From: Octopus sinensis
Taxonomy: Eukaryota
NCBI RefSeq assembly: GCF_006345805.1
Contig: NW_021833275.1
Location: forward strand, 14,016-78,015
Length of the DNA: 64,000 nucleotides
Direction of reading: 5' to 3'
The position numbers and the translations under genes were made by a program. How positions within the stretch are numbered: the first letter of the stretch is position 1; each line of letters starts with the position of its first letter. The notes below the pieces were generated by a model, which saw nothing but the letters and a program-made list of their open reading frames with translations, ran no database searches and had not been told where the DNA came from. This document shows positions 1 to 13,488 of this stretch, piece after piece.

Positions 1-629
1 TGCTCCAGCATGACCTCAGTTCAATGACTAAAACAAATAAAAGGTAAAAAATAAAGGACAATGATACAACAGCGCGTCTGTCATTACCAACTCCATTAAG
101 AATAATGATAAAGACTAATGACAAAAGAAAGATCAAAAATAGAAATAGGTCACCTTATTGTTGAACTCCTGCTCTGATCGGAAGAACAAAGAATTAGGTG
201 AGATATTTCTCTGAAAAAATGACCATTGTGTGCATTGGAATAGAATTTAGATTAAGAGAAGAGAGCCAAGGGGATAACCTTGCAGTGGAAGCAGTCGTAT
301 TTAATAATAAAATATATGAAGCGTGTCTTTAATTAAACGAAATCAATAAATTGGAAATATTTCTGATCATAAATGTATGGATCTCACTGCTTCGCCCGTC
401 TGGCACTTTCAACTGACACTCATACAAACACAGACACACACACATGAATATGCACATACATATGAGAATCAAAATACACACGCACACACATACAGACGCG
501 CGCGCACCCTCACTCATATATATATTCATATGTGTGTGTGTTGTGTGTCTGTGTGTATATCGAGATATGTGTACTTATATACTTGCACATATACGCAAGT
601 ATACGCACACTATTTGAATACATAGATAC

Positions 630-720
630 ATGCATATACATATATGTATATATATATATTTACATATATATATATATATATATACATATATATGTATATA
701 TATGTATATATATACATATA

Positions 721-774
<54 letters not shown>

Positions 775-866
775 ATATATGTATATATACATATATATAC
801 ATATATATGTATATATACACTCACACATACACACATACAGACACACACACAGACACACACACACAA

Positions 867-900
<34 letters not shown>
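630..900. repeat. Compound (TA)n/(CA)n microsatellite
   Basis: Direct reading; explains the IYIY/HTHT pseudo-ORFs. Confidence 0.95.
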
Positions 901-907
<7 letters not shown>

Positions 908-1279
908 TCTTCGTTATAAGTTCATAAGTCAGAAAAAAGCATACTCTATAAAAAAATAGAGCAGTTGTTTATTTTTGTATGTGTAAAGTAGCAGTTTTTG
1001 AGAAATACCATTGGTTTCATGAACTAGACATGTCTTCAGTTTCTGTAAATGATAACTGGTCTCTGCAAAGAATGTTTTTTAAAAACACAAGAATGCCAGT
1101 GATAGTTGAAGAAATATTCCTCTGAAAAACTTATGGCCAGGCGATTATGTCTTCCTTCGATTGATAGCTTGGTTTTCCAGTTTTGAAGTAAAAATTTCCG
1201 AAAATATAGACAACTTCCCACGGCTTCCGTCCTGGAGTTCAGGTAGCCACCTGGTTCATATGAGTTCATAAGAATTATA

Positions 1280-1317
<38 letters not shown>

Positions 1318-1334
1318 ACATATATATATATATA

Positions 1335-1795
1335 AAATTAAAATTAAATTTAAATAAAAAAATGTTCTCTAACCGGTAAATTGGCTGCTGAAATTAATTT
1401 ATTGCTGAGTAATTTCCGGCCTCAGCGCGCCAAAGTGAAGGCATTTGAAAAAAATACATCCAAATATAATATGTAGAACTTTATACATGCTCGATTTCGG
1501 TTGAGCGTTCTGTACCTAGTTCTGGAAATTGTGTTTTGTAAGCGACAGACTACGCTGACGAACTTGCAGATATCTGCGTGTTTGCCTACGTAGATATTAA
1601 CAAGTGAAACCATTGGTACGTTGGTAATCGTTTTTTATTTCGTATATTTTCATTTGCCTTGATCATTTTTACATTTTGGCGTTTTTGCAGAAATTTCTTT
1701 TCTTGAGAACACATTATTCGTGGTAATGGCGATTTGACGTCTATGTTTAGCATATAGGATATCCACTTTAGTGGTCATTCGTCTTAATTTTGTAT
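1335..1795 (+). mobile_element. Monomeric hammerhead-containing non-autonomous element (diverged relative of the 507-bp unit at 31020-32085)
   Basis: Shares blocks ATGTTCTCTAACCG, GCGCCAAAGT.AAGGCATTTGAAA, TTATTTCGTATATTTTTCA and ATGGCGATTTGACGTCTAT with the 507-bp unit; (TA)n on both sides. Confidence 0.75.
1550..1623 (+). ncRNA. Type I hammerhead ribozyme (GUA triplet, predicted cleavage after 1618)
   Basis: CTACG-CTGACGA(1555-1561)-ACTTG cag ATATCTGCGT loop ACGTAGATAT taa CAAGT-GAAA(1606-1609)-CC ATT GG TA-CGTTG. Canonical core; stem I has 4 of 5 pairs. Confidence 0.8.
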
Positions 1796-2716
1796 ATATA
1801 TATATATAGCCAGCAATTCATTGTCAAATATTTCATTTCCGTTTCTTAATAGCTTCACTTTACAGGAAAATATTTTCACCTTTTCACCTGTAAAACATCA
1901 TTTTGATGCAGCCATGGATACCAAGTTACTGAAATGCCTTATTTTCAACAATTCTAAGCTGCAGGTATTAATTAAAATTCAACGATTGTGTTGAGAAGAA
2001 TGATCCCGAAAGCGCAAAGAGATCGTTACAAAATGATATGCTTAATTATGTAGACACATCTGCGACTGTATTACACAAATTGCACAGTATTAGCGAATAT
2101 GCGCAATACGAAACCAGTCTGTAAAACATTTTTACTTTCTATTCTTCGAAGAAACATTTTTAGAATTCTGATAAAAAAAAAAAAAGATAAAAAAAGAAGA
2201 AAATGATGTTTAAATTAGATTTTAAAATGTTTTTTTCTTTTTTTGCCAACCCTGGAAATCTCCGTTTCGGAGGAATACAGAACACAATAAGCAACAATTT
2301 TAGCATTTCTGATTTTTGATATTTTATTTCAAAATTGTTTACTGCATTAGGCGTAGTACACATCGAAGGAAGTTACGAACTTTTGAGAAGGAATTAATTT
2401 TAAGTTTGTGTTTCGGGTTTTAGGATTCGCATTTCTGTTGTTAGGGTTTAAGTTTGCGATTCGGATACAGAGTTTAGTGTTAGAAGATTACGCAACGGAG
2501 GAAATATTTGAGAGAAAAAATAATTGAACGTGCAAAATGTTTTTGTAATGTTAAATGTTTAAAATAGATAAGCAAAAGAAACTTTCTCAATCAAACCAGA
2601 AAAAAGGAAAAAACAAACAAACTTTAAATGTTTTAAAGAAGATACAGAAGAATGATGTTTATTACACAGTTCAGCCATATATCATGTGTATTTATGTATG
2701 TGTATATGTGTGTGTG

Positions 2717-2760
<44 letters not shown>

Positions 2761-2823
2761 ATATATATTTCGTTTTGGGATTTGGTTTGCAAGATTCTTT
2801 ATGTGAGTTCGTGTTGAAGCATA

Positions 2824-3044
2824 TTCTGTTGTGTCTGGGGAGAGTCATTCTCTTTTTGTGCCTTATAATTTAAGACACTCACCGATAAAATTTCCACTTA
2901 TTTCTTTTTTATTTTTCTTTGAAATGGTTGCAAGACGCAACGAAAACTTTAGGAAAATAAAAATAAGAAATAAGTGGAAATTTTACCGGTGAGTGTGTTA
3001 AATTATAAGGCACCAAAGAGAATTACTCTCCCCAGACACAACAG

Positions 3045-3046
<2 letters not shown>
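2824..3046 (+). mobile_element. Fold-back element (~95-bp inverted arms) with a degenerate hammerhead-like core in the spacer
   Basis: Arms 2824-~2918 and ~2952-3046 are imperfect reverse complements. Spacer is TTGAAAT G GTTGC AAGAC GCAAC GAAA ACTTTA. (TA)n flanks. Confidence 0.65.
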
Positions 3047-3079
<33 letters not shown>

Positions 3080-3211
3080 TAGTTGAATGAATTATCCTAG
3101 TATGGATAATTCAGTAACCGATACCCGGGTAGCAAATTCACGTCAGAAAAACACGGTTGAAGCTACATGCCAAGGGCAGAGATCACGTGCTTTCGTGTGG
3201 AAATTTGTGTG

Positions 3212-3285
<74 letters not shown>

Positions 3286-3589
3286 ATGTGTAAAGGTTAG
3301 CTGAGTTAGAGGTTAAAATAACCGTCTAAAGGATAGAAGCGTCCATTACACTATGTTTAACCATGAGCATACACATGCAAGCATATTATGCTCATAAATT
3401 ATACGTAAAGACAAGGATAAACATGAGTTTATCAAGAATCAAAATTTAAAGAAAACAGAGAATAGATAAGGCATGAGCAAATTGTATGAATGCACCAGCA
3501 AATTGTAGTAAGAACTTACATTTGTAAAAACAATTTCCAAGTATTTTAATTTTAAATTTTAATCATCAATTAGGGATATCTACTTCTGT

Positions 3590-3804
3590 GGCGGCGCAAT
3601 AGCCCAGTTATTAGAGTAGCGGACTCACGGTGGGAGGATCGCGGCTTCGATTCCCAGACCGGGCGTTGTGTGTGTTTATTGAGCGAAAACACCTAAAGCT
3701 CCACGAAGGTCCGGCAGAGGGTGGTGGCATCCCCTGTTGTACTCTTTCGCCCCAACTTTCTCTCACTCTCTTTTCCTGTTTCTTGAGTAACGCTGCGATG
3801 GACT
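3590..3804 (+). mobile_element. tRNA-derived SINE with V-domain-like motif (3'-truncated)
   Basis: A/B-box-like head (TAGCCCAGTTATTAG, GCTTCGATTCC) and GCGATGGACT motif; homologous to 41404-41700. Confidence 0.7.
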
Positions 3805-4381
3805 TCTTTCTTTCTTTCTCTCTCGTCCTAATATTCCTTATGTAGCACCCCTACTTCGTCTCCCTCTTCTCACACTTAATTGTAGACTTCTCCCTTCCTT
3901 CCCCTGTTCTCTCTCTCTACCGCTCTCTCACCCTCTGTCTCATCCTCTTTCCCTTCTTTCTACTGCTCACACGTGACCCTTGACTAATTTCCCCATCTAT
4001 GCCTTTTCGCCACCGGACACTTAGCATGCCGGTCAACTTCTTCTCTGCTCTTACAAATTCTCTTTTTTATAGCCATTTGAGGATTTCTTCCTGGCGTTAC
4101 TCATCTTTCCCATGCTTGGCCGAAAGCCATTATTTATCGTCTTCGTCTATCGTTTCTAATTTTGTTTACTTTCGTACGTCCACCCTGTTATTGTCTTGTT
4201 TGCTCGAGCCCTAATTCTACACAAATCTTGCGGGCGCCGCCGATATGCGAAGTTCCTAGTCTTATCGTTAAAGGCACGAAACTGAGTATTAGTATTTTTC
4301 GGTCGATAACTGATAAAGAATTACAACCCTTCTATGTCTGTCCTACGTGTACGTTTTATAGTATTTAATGCTTTTTCATTT

Positions 4382-4412
<31 letters not shown>

Positions 4413-4744
4413 AATATATATGCTTACCTACATGTCTATTTGTGTGCAGTACCTAGAGACAGTGTAAGACAAAACAGAGACAGATAAATTGCCGTTATTT
4501 CCCTCATTCCCATTATGAATATGTGTATGTGTGCATGCATGTGTGTGTGCATGTGTGTGTATGTGTGTGAGTGCATGTGTGTGTGTGTGTGCGTGCGTGC
4601 GTGTGTGTGCAGGTAGGTTTAGAGACAAAGTCTTCTCGTACGATTCAAGCCGTTTATTTCCGTACACTGATTCAATTCATCATTTTTGAAGAACTTGTGT
4701 ACATACATGTAGAAAACTGAGAAAGGAAGAAAAAAAAAACATGC

Positions 4745-4968
4745 CGACATCACCACCACCACCACAACCACTACTACTACTACTACTATTACAACCACCG
4801 CCACCACCACCACCACCACCACAACTACCACCAGCACCACCACAACCACCACCACCACCACCACCACCACCACTACCCAACTACCACCACCACCACCACC
4901 ACCACCACCACAACCACCACCACAACCACCACCACCACCCAACTACCACCATCACCACCAAAACCACC

Positions 4969-5042
<74 letters not shown>

Positions 5043-5060
5043 TACTACTACTACAGCAAC
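4745..5060. repeat. Compound (CCA)n/(CTA)n trinucleotide repeat
   Basis: Direct reading. Confidence 0.95.
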
Positions 5061-5298
5061 AACTCGAAGAACAACAGATGTAGAAAAAAACGGAAACAGG
5101 CAAAAGTGGAAGAAAAAAAGAAAAGAGAAATGCGTTGTCAATAGGGAGTTCTAAGATATATAATGAAGAAGCTTGGGCAATCGTCTGCTGCAGTCAATTT
5201 GTAAAAAAACCTACGACACGAGGTGCAATAAATCACTTGTAAATCTACTCCAAGTGTTCCCATATAAAACAATGGAAAGATCAAATAAAAAACTACAA

Positions 5299-5360
<62 letters not shown>

Positions 5361-5614
5361 CATAATAATAATAATAATAATAATGATGATGATGATGATG
5401 ATGATAATAATAATAATAATAATAATATAGTAATAATAATAATAATAATAACAATAATAATGATGATGATGATGATGATAATAATAATATAAAATAATAA
5501 TAGTAATAATAATACTAATAATGATGATGATGATGATGATGATGATGATAATAATAATAATAATAATAATATAAAATAATAATAATAATGATGATGATGA
5601 TGATGATGATGATG

Positions 5615-5666
<52 letters not shown>

Positions 5667-5748
5667 TAATAATGATGATGATGATGACGATGATGATGAT
5701 GATGATAATAATAATGATAATAATATTAATAATAATAATAATAATAAT

Positions 5749-5806
<58 letters not shown>
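5299..5806. repeat. Compound (AAT)n/(GAT)n microsatellite
   Basis: Direct reading. Confidence 0.95.
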
Positions 5807-5807
<1 letters not shown>

Positions 5808-5981
5808 TAAAGCAGGAAATAAAATGTTAAAGAAAAAAAGCCTGTATCAAAAGTATTTTATGCCTTGTATTTTATTTTTACCGAATTTCAGACTACAATA
5901 AACTAGAATATAAGATTTCTCTCTCTCTCTCTCAAACGAAAGTAAACACACACACACACGCACACACACACACACACACAC

Positions 5982-6051
<70 letters not shown>

Positions 6052-6320
6052 CACACACAAACGCACGCGCGCACAAACATGCTTTTCTAAACAAAAAAAT
6101 GCGTAAAAGCGTATATATTTTTTATGTAAAAAAAATATTACTTCAAGAGCAGCGTGTATATATATATATATTCTTATATAAAAAAAGAAAAGAATATAAT
6201 CCACTTTATCATATTATGCATGCAAATACCTTGATGTTCTCATGTGTGTGTTCGTGTTTGTGTGTGTGTGTACATGCATACATACAAATGTATGTATATA
6301 TCTATATATATGTGCATGTA

Positions 6321-6373
<53 letters not shown>

Positions 6374-6405
6374 ACACACACACATACACATACACACACA
6401 CACAT

Positions 6406-6450
<45 letters not shown>

Positions 6451-6464
6451 CAGAGAGAGAGAGA

Positions 6465-6516
<52 letters not shown>

Positions 6517-6595
6517 GCGTGTAAAATAGATGGATTGAAGAGAAATAGATTAATAGGAAAGACGGATAGACAAATAACCCCAGTTAGATAGGTAG

Positions 6596-6596
6596 T

Positions 6597-6674
<78 letters not shown>
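6596..6674. repeat. (GATA)n tract, 3' flank/target of Tx1-like element E1
   Basis: Directly abuts the E1 3' end (minus strand ...AATAAAAAGT|TATCTATC). Confidence 0.95.
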
Positions 6675-6675
<1 letters not shown>

Positions 6676-6971
6676 CTTTTTATTGTAGCCACACAGGGCT
6701 AAACACAGAATAAAAATGGACGAAATACAATGTAGAATTTTTTCTTTTCGAGGTGGGATGGGTGGGGCACAAAAAAAAAAAAAAACGTTTGATCAATAGG
6801 GATCTGTGGGTTGTGTGGTGTATAAAAAAGCAATATATATATATATATATAAGGTTCACAGTTTAGGTGTAGCCTTGGAAAGAAAAACCTACAAAAAAGA
6901 CCAAGGTCACCTCAGACAATTCGAAAAAGAACACCTGAGTAAGTCGCCTTACTTCTCGTTGTCTCTTTTGG

Positions 6972-9900
6972 TTACAGATTTATGCTTAAAATAGTGTCGT
7001 CTTTCATACTGACCATTTTTGCCACTTTTACCCACTTTTTATTAAAACATTCATTCGACAAAGCCTTCCTCTCTATTCTCATCCTCCTTTTCAAGTGGTA
7101 CTTGAAAAAGTTGACGAGAGACTGACCAGAGAGGAAGGTGTTTGTTTGCAGTCCTTTCAAACGCGTCCACCACACACATTCTTTCGCCATAGCCATCAGC
7201 GTAACGAAAACCGTTTTCCCTTCCCGTTTAAAGGAAGGTGGTGGAACAATATTGACGATAGACTCGGCCGATAGGCGAGCCCGACCTACACGTGACAACA
7301 GCTGTTCGACGAAGGACCACAGCTCTGAAATATCTGGACACTGCTCGAGTGCGTGCAGAACGGTTTCGTCGCTCTGACCGCAGCTCGGGCAGGTCGGTCC
7401 GGTGATGGTTTTCGAACCGTGTCTGTAGCTCTTCTCTCGAACAGGTAGTGCGTCTCGATAGCACTGCCAAGCCAGGGATTTCTGGAAGTTATCCATAGGC
7501 CCCGGCCCGAACATCGTCCTGAACAGGCGGGTTAGGAATTCCTCGTCGACGCCCAGGTTTGCCCCGAGTGTGTCGTCGGACCTCCCCTCCACTAGTCCTC
7601 TATAGAACGCTTTAGTCGTTTGTAAGTTGCACAAGTTTGACCCCGGTCGGCAGAGCTGCTGTAGAGCTTGGCTACACTCTCGGTGCCAATCGCCCAGTTT
7701 CGGTCTCTTTTTGATCCACGTTTGCAGTTCGGTCAGTAAGACGAGCTGCGGGAAGTCGCGTCTCACAAACGGCGCCCACACCTGTTCACCGTCGTCGATG
7801 AATTTCCAGAGATGTCGCAGTCTCAGCGCATGCCTGCGCATCATCAACCACGGCATGCCCAGTCCTCCATTCAACGGATGTTGACAGCAAATGGACATCC
7901 TCACCATCGGAACGCCACCCTTCCACAGGAAGCGGAAGAGTATGCGTTCCAGTTTGGTGATGGTGGCGTCGGGACAAGGTACGACGGTCAGGCGGTAATC
8001 GATGACGGATGCGATGTACGCGTTCGCCACCTCCGCCCGGCCTTTTAGAGACAGCTTTCTCTCGGCCCATGTTTGGCTGAGAGCGACCACTCTACTCGTG
8101 ATCTCGTCCCAGTTCTTATCCATTTGGAGGTCCGGACTGAACCAGACCCCGAGCAATTTAACCGGTCCGTCCGTCCAGCGTCCCACTACTGAGCCGCAGT
8201 CGGACGGCATGGGCTTGCTTCTCCAGGTGCCGAGTAGCAAACCCACTGACTTTTCCGGGTTAATCTTTGCTCCCGTCACCGTTTCGTATTTTCTTAGTGT
8301 CTCGCCTATCATCTTGATGTGTTTGTCGCTCGACACTATGACGGTGACATCGTCCGCATATGCCGACACGCTCGTCCAGCAACCCAGTTCCCGTGGGATG
8401 CCCCTCAGTGTCGCCAGCTTCCGCAGTAGCGGCTCGAGAGTCAATACATACAGAAGCGCCGACAGGGGACACCCCTGACGGACCGAACGCGTGATGTCAA
8501 ACGGTTTCGACAGGTGACCGTTCACCCGAATCACCGATCGGATGCCGCTATACAAGGCAGCAATCCAACCGCGGAAGACGGGACCGAAGCCAGCCGCCCT
8601 GAGGACGGCCGCCAACTACCGATGGTCGACCCTATCGAAGGCTTTAGACTGATCCAAATTTATCAGCGCCACACCCATGCCAGGATCCTTACTAACCCTG
8701 TCCACAATGTAGCGCATCAGAAGGAGGTTGTCATGTATGGTTCTGCCCGGCAACGTCACTGCACCTCGGCTCACGAAACCGGGGATTCTCCCGTTTTGTT
8801 GCCAGTTGCAGTAGACTGATGCCAAGAGGTCGCCAAACAAGTCTGGCATTCGACAATACAGCTCGTAGGGTAAACCATCCAATCCAGGCGACTTATCCCT
8901 CGCGCAGCCCGCCATCGCATCCCACATGTCAGCGGCTGTGATGGGACTTTCACAACACTCCGCTTCTCTTGCCGAGAGCCGCGGCAGGTCGGTCAGGTAG
9001 GCACTGAAATCCATCCCGCGTTCCGACCTACCACACGCACCAAACAGTCGAGCAAAGTGCTGTTGAAAGGCCTCACACATCCTTTCGGGTTCGAGTAAAC
9101 TGCATCCCTGTTGATCTATTAGAGACCGAATGGTGGCTCTGTTGCCACGCTGCGCCTCCGCTACCCGGGCCTCTCGCGCAGCTTCAATCCCTTCGTTCCT
9201 TAAGGCACGCATTTTAGCTCTGACGACGCAACCTTCGTGCTTGGCGTTGAGGTGTTGGTCGAGGGCCATCCTCGCAGCCAGCACGTTGGTTGCGCTGCCA
9301 GTGGTAAGTGCCTCTTCTAGTTTCTTAACTAAGTCTCCCTCTACTCTATTTCGTTCTATCGCTAATTCCCTGCTAAACCTAATTGATTCCGATTTTATTG
9401 CCATTTTCAGGGCGTACCACCAGCGGTTGTTAACGACCGCTCCCGTCAGCGCCCTCTTAATTAACTCGCTAATGCGGTTCCTGTAAACCTGTCGCGCTAA
9501 CAGCGACGTGTTCATTTTCCAGTAACCGGGACTCTGCCTATGTGTTTTATCTAAGTCGAGCGTACACGTAACAAATTTGTGATCTGTGTAGCTGACTATT
9601 TTAAATTGTGGACATCCTACACTATCCCTATCCGCTGTCCTGCATAGAATTCTATCTAGATAAGATCTCGACGATCCGATGCGGTTTGTCCAAGTCCACG
9701 TTGGCACGTTCGGATGGTCGAGTCGGAACCTGTCAGACAAATGGAAACGTCTGAGCAGGTCTTTGAGGCTCTTAACCCCCTTCTATTCCTATCGCTTCCC
9801 ACATAATCTAGATGCGTGTCCAAGGTAGCGTTCCAATCCCCTACTAACAGTAAAGGTCTAGACGTACCCAGGAAAACCTCTAGACGTCTGAAGAAATCCG

Positions 9901-10267
9901 CCCGACCCGTTAAGGACGGTGCATAAACTGCCATCAGACGGAATGCACACCCATTTCTGCCATCCACGTCCAAGACAACCAGCCTACCCTCCGGGTCTAG
10001 GAATATTGCTCTTACTTTTACATTTAGACTCTTTCGAAAAAGCACCGCAGTACCTCCACCACGCATGTTCGGCAGACAGGGAGAAAAATAAATGTCAAAT
10101 TGATTGCCAAACATGGACTCGAGGGCCCGCGGCTTACTGAGTCTGGTTTCACTGATAGCTACTATATCCACGTCCAGTGACTTGATGTCGTTTAGAAGGT
10201 AACCTTGCTTCCAAGCCAACGCCAAGCCACGCGCATTCACACAACCTAATTTAAGCATACTTGACAT
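6972..10267 (-). pseudogene. E1 ORF2: AP endonuclease + reverse transcriptase + C-terminal Zn finger
   Basis: CVNARGL, AISETRL, VYAPS, LVGDWN, SYLDR, TDHK (APE); SKAFDRVDH, RQGCPLS, AYADD (RT); CPSCGQSDETVLHALEQC. Frameshift near 9775, in-frame TAG at 8616-8618, and ~156-bp deletion at GAVTL|PGRTIHDN. Confidence 0.93.
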
Positions 10268-10324
10268 TTACGAAAATTGTGTTTTACACACTATATTAGA
10301 AGAGACAAGAGGCAAGAAGGGAGG

Positions 10325-12215
10325 TCACTTACTCATTTTAAAAGTTTCATTTTTTTCTTCTTCTTCTTTTGTATTGTTTTTGATGAGGTGTTTGTATAGT
10401 TTTTTCGACAGGTATCGTTGATACCCGCCTACCGCATTCGGAAATATTGTTTTCAGTATGTGGTGTTGTGCTTGTGTTATGTGTAAAATTCTGATGTGTT
10501 TCGGTGGTGTGGTGTGCGGATGATTGTTTGTCTTAAAGTCATCTTCACAGATGACCATGTTAGATTTGATGTAGTCCATTAATTCTTTATTGTCTGTGTC
10601 TATTGCAGTTAGTTGTGTGTGTGTGGTTTTACGGGTTCATTACTTTTTTGATTGTCTAAGGGGATGTTGTCCTGAGTTAGATATCTCCCTGCTTTACTTC
10701 CTTGTTTGGTGGATTTTTTGGATCTTTTTCTTTTACCCCCTGTGGCTATTTGCCATTCCGTCGAACTTTCGTCGTCCGACGTATCAGTATGGGGTTGAGG
10801 CAAAGCATTTGCATTACTATGTATGCTTGTATAAATTGTTGATGTTTTGTGCGGTGTTTGTGTTGTTGTGGTGTTAGGGGTAGAATTTGTCTTCTCGTCA
10901 CTGTTTTCTGTCTTTTTAATTGTCGTCCTGGGTGTGGGTGTTGGTCTATTTTTTGTTGATTCAACATGTTTAATTGGTTGTGAAGTCAACGGTGATTGTG
11001 TTGGTACTGTTTCTTTTCTTGGTGATGTTGTTGGGGTTTGTTCGTTGGTTTGTTGTTTTTCTTGGCATTGTTCTTTAATTGAGTGTGTTGGTGTTGGTGT
11101 TGGTAACAAAGGGATTTTATTTGTTTTCTGATTTGTTCTTTCTTGTTTTTTCTGTACCAGATCGCACTTGGCAATTAAATGTTCGGGGCTGCCACATTTG
11201 TAGCATCTAGGCTTTTTGCCTTCTGCCACAACGTATAAGCATTGCCCATTTTCCAAGTGGATCTTATCCGGTAGGCTCTCGAGAGAGGCCCCCTCAATCT
11301 GTATCGTCACCACTATTGTCTTCCCACCCCAAATGTCGCCAGGGTACACGGCGGTCTCCAAAATGTTTATATTTTTTAAATGGTAACAGATTGCCCCTGT
11401 TATCCATTTGTTAGGAAGCTCGGGAGGTACATTTTTAATAGGGATTCGACTCACTCTCTGGTTTTTATAGTATGGGACCATGATGATTTCATCATTTCCC
11501 AGAGACTCAGTAGAGTGAGCTTTTGCCACTTCCTGGTTAGGGAAGCGGACCACTACTGTGTTAAACTGGGGACCCCAGTTTATATATTCTTTTTCTTTCA
11601 TTATGTTTTTTAAACATTTTTCTACATCAGTTTTTGTAATCTGTTCATTTAGTTTTTGTTTTTTCTAATAATTTTATATACAATTGTCTTATTTTCTATT
11701 TCTTGCTTTATGTGTTGAGGTGTATGCAGCACTAAATCTTGTCCACGGGAAGTAAAGAGAGCTCTTGTTTCTATGAGCTCTTCATTTGTAAATGTCACAA
11801 TTTCCTTCTTCTGGCGAAGAGTGTCAGCGAAATTTACTGTTGTTGATTTTTTTGTATTAACATCTTCACTATTAGATAGTTCATTTTTATTGTTGTTCTT
11901 GTTGTTGCTGTTTTTTTTGTCAATAGTTTTCGTGCGAGTTTTATTTTTATCATTTATGTTGGTCGTGGTAGTGGTGGTGGTGGTGGTGGAGGTGGTGGTG
12001 GTAGCAGTAGTAGTCTGGTGGTTGCTGTTGTTAGTGGTGGTGGTGGCGGTGGTGACAGGGCTGTTACCGCACGTGGTTGCAGCGTTCATTTCACCGATAT
12101 TCATATTTGCACTTAGCGCGCGTACGTTCTTTTTTTCTCCTATTGTTTCCAAACTAGGAAAATGCTGGTCAATAAAAGAACGCGACCAGCGTTCTACAAT
12201 AAAATTTCTCAACAT
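10325..12215 (-). pseudogene. E1 ORF1 (gag-like nucleic-acid-binding protein, CCHC zinc knuckle)
   Basis: Track ORFs 11649-12215, 10609-11601 and 10325-10579 join by frameshifts; CYKCGSPEHLIAKC; Thr/Asn-rich N-terminus; colinear with E3 ORF1. Confidence 0.88.
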
Positions 12216-12417
12216 TTTCTAATGTCAAGAAGAAAATTACAGAAATGAAACGGGGTTGAAACTGCCCCTAGGGGCGAATTCCTCCCTTGGAAAAGCACTC
12301 AAACGAAAGTTGGGTGCCTTACACACCTTATTTGCAAAAATGTACACAAAAATTGTCAAAATAGTCAAAATAAACGATTACCTTCGGAGCTGAACTGACA
12401 TCACGTCCGTCAATAAA

Positions 12418-12418
12418 C

Positions 12419-12488
<70 letters not shown>

Positions 12489-12526
12489 ATAGGTACATAA
12501 ATAGATAGATAAATAGATAGATAGAT

Positions 12527-12595
<69 letters not shown>

Positions 12596-12606
12596 TATAG
12601 ATAGAT
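12418..12606. repeat. (GATA)n tract, 5' flank of E1
   Basis: Direct reading. Confidence 0.95.
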
Positions 12607-12914
12607 ATTGAAAGGAAATATTTTCATTGAATGCGTGTTTCTTACTAAACATTGTTCCATGATAGTTTTGGTTTTAAACTCCAAAACTACGACTTGTAAC
12701 CTTCAGCTAGACACAACAAATATTAGTAAGATATGTTTAAGACAAAGAAAAATATTGTAGTGTTGTCATAACTTCACAAATATCATACTTTTTCTCATCA
12801 CAACTATATTTTTCTTTTCTTTCTTATGCTTTTAAATTAAAGCCAAATTCGCTATCTTCAATTCGGATTTTGTCGTAAGAATACGATGGCGAATACAAGC
12901 GGTCGAAGTCAGAT

Positions 12915-13080
12915 TTCTTCAAAGGGTCGCCGGAATAAGGTTACAGAATGCGTCACTCGGAGATCATGAAGTCTCAGCATTAGAAGGTCGTAGTTATGGT
13001 GCTACGGACATGTGAGTAGATTGCTACAGGAAACGATCGCAAAAGAGATCCTTCAAGCCGAGCCAACCAGCATTTTTGTA
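12915..13080 (+). pseudogene. RTE-clade LINE fragment (post-RT region)
   Basis: Translates SIRRS*LWCYGHVSRLLQETIAKEILQAEPT, resembling the RTE LRWFGHVxRM...KxIL motif. Confidence 0.55.
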
Positions 13081-13329
13081 TTTCATCCCTTCGAGGTCGA
13101 TAAAATGAATATCCGTTGAATACCAGAACTGATGTAACCGGCTTAGCCACCCCGCCACTAAAAAAACTGACCTTGTGCCAAAATTTGAAACCACTATATC
13201 GCAGGATTTAATTATGAACATTTATACCCACATTCCGAGTTCAAATCCCGCCTAAATTGATCTCTCAGAGTTTTACCTGTCAACTTTTACGTGTTTTACT
13301 CGTCGGATTGCGGCCAAGCGGAGGCACTG

Positions 13330-13480
13330 CGAAGATAATCTGGTACTTGTCTGAAGAAAGGAAACTTCGAATGACCCGTACTTGTTTCTTTTGCATCGTC
13401 TATCTGGATGTTTTGTTGTCTCTTTTTTGTATCGCCTAACTGTCCGGATGTGTTGCGTTCTTGTCCCATTTTGTATTTTA
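13330..13480 (+). repeat. Dispersed repeat, homologous to the minus strand of 16870-17030 (possible Penelope-like terminus)
   Basis: Shared CTGAAGA...CTTCGAATGACCCGT...ATCGTCTATCT.GATGTTTTGTT...TCCGGATG..TTGCGTTCTTG.CCCATTTTG; family assignment is inference. Confidence 0.55.
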
Positions 13481-13488
13481 TATATATA

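Larger units (their letters stand above)
6673..12410 (-). mobile_element. Tx1-like (L1 group) non-LTR retrotransposon E1, subfamily A, 5'-complete, inactivated
   Basis: ORF1 with CCHC knuckle, ORF2 with APE+RT+Zn finger, 3' UTR ending AATAAAAAG. Same 5' start (ACGGACGTG) as E2 and E3; (GATA)n on both sides. Confidence 0.93.

Noticed and set aside
150-206. Possible 57-nt minus-strand micro-exon (RNISPNSLFFRSEQEFNNK) with AG/GT boundaries; similar candidates near 25995-26090, 32560-32670 and 56560-56680
   Set aside because: No recognisable homology or consistent gene model; expected by chance without RNA-seq.
1036-1270. Non-repetitive minus-strand ORF segment (EPGGYLNSRTEAV...)
   Set aside because: No recognisable motif.
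3075-3110. Hairpin TGAATTATCC/GGATAATTCA and other GAAAC-adjacent hairpins (2085-2125, 4075-4130, 27160-27190)
   Set aside because: Catalytic core missing or incomplete; cannot be called ribozymes.
13345-13375. CTGAAGA...CTTCGAAT as a hammerhead (also minus strand near 16985-17005)
   Set aside because: GAAU instead of GAAA, and no stem I/III or NUH site.
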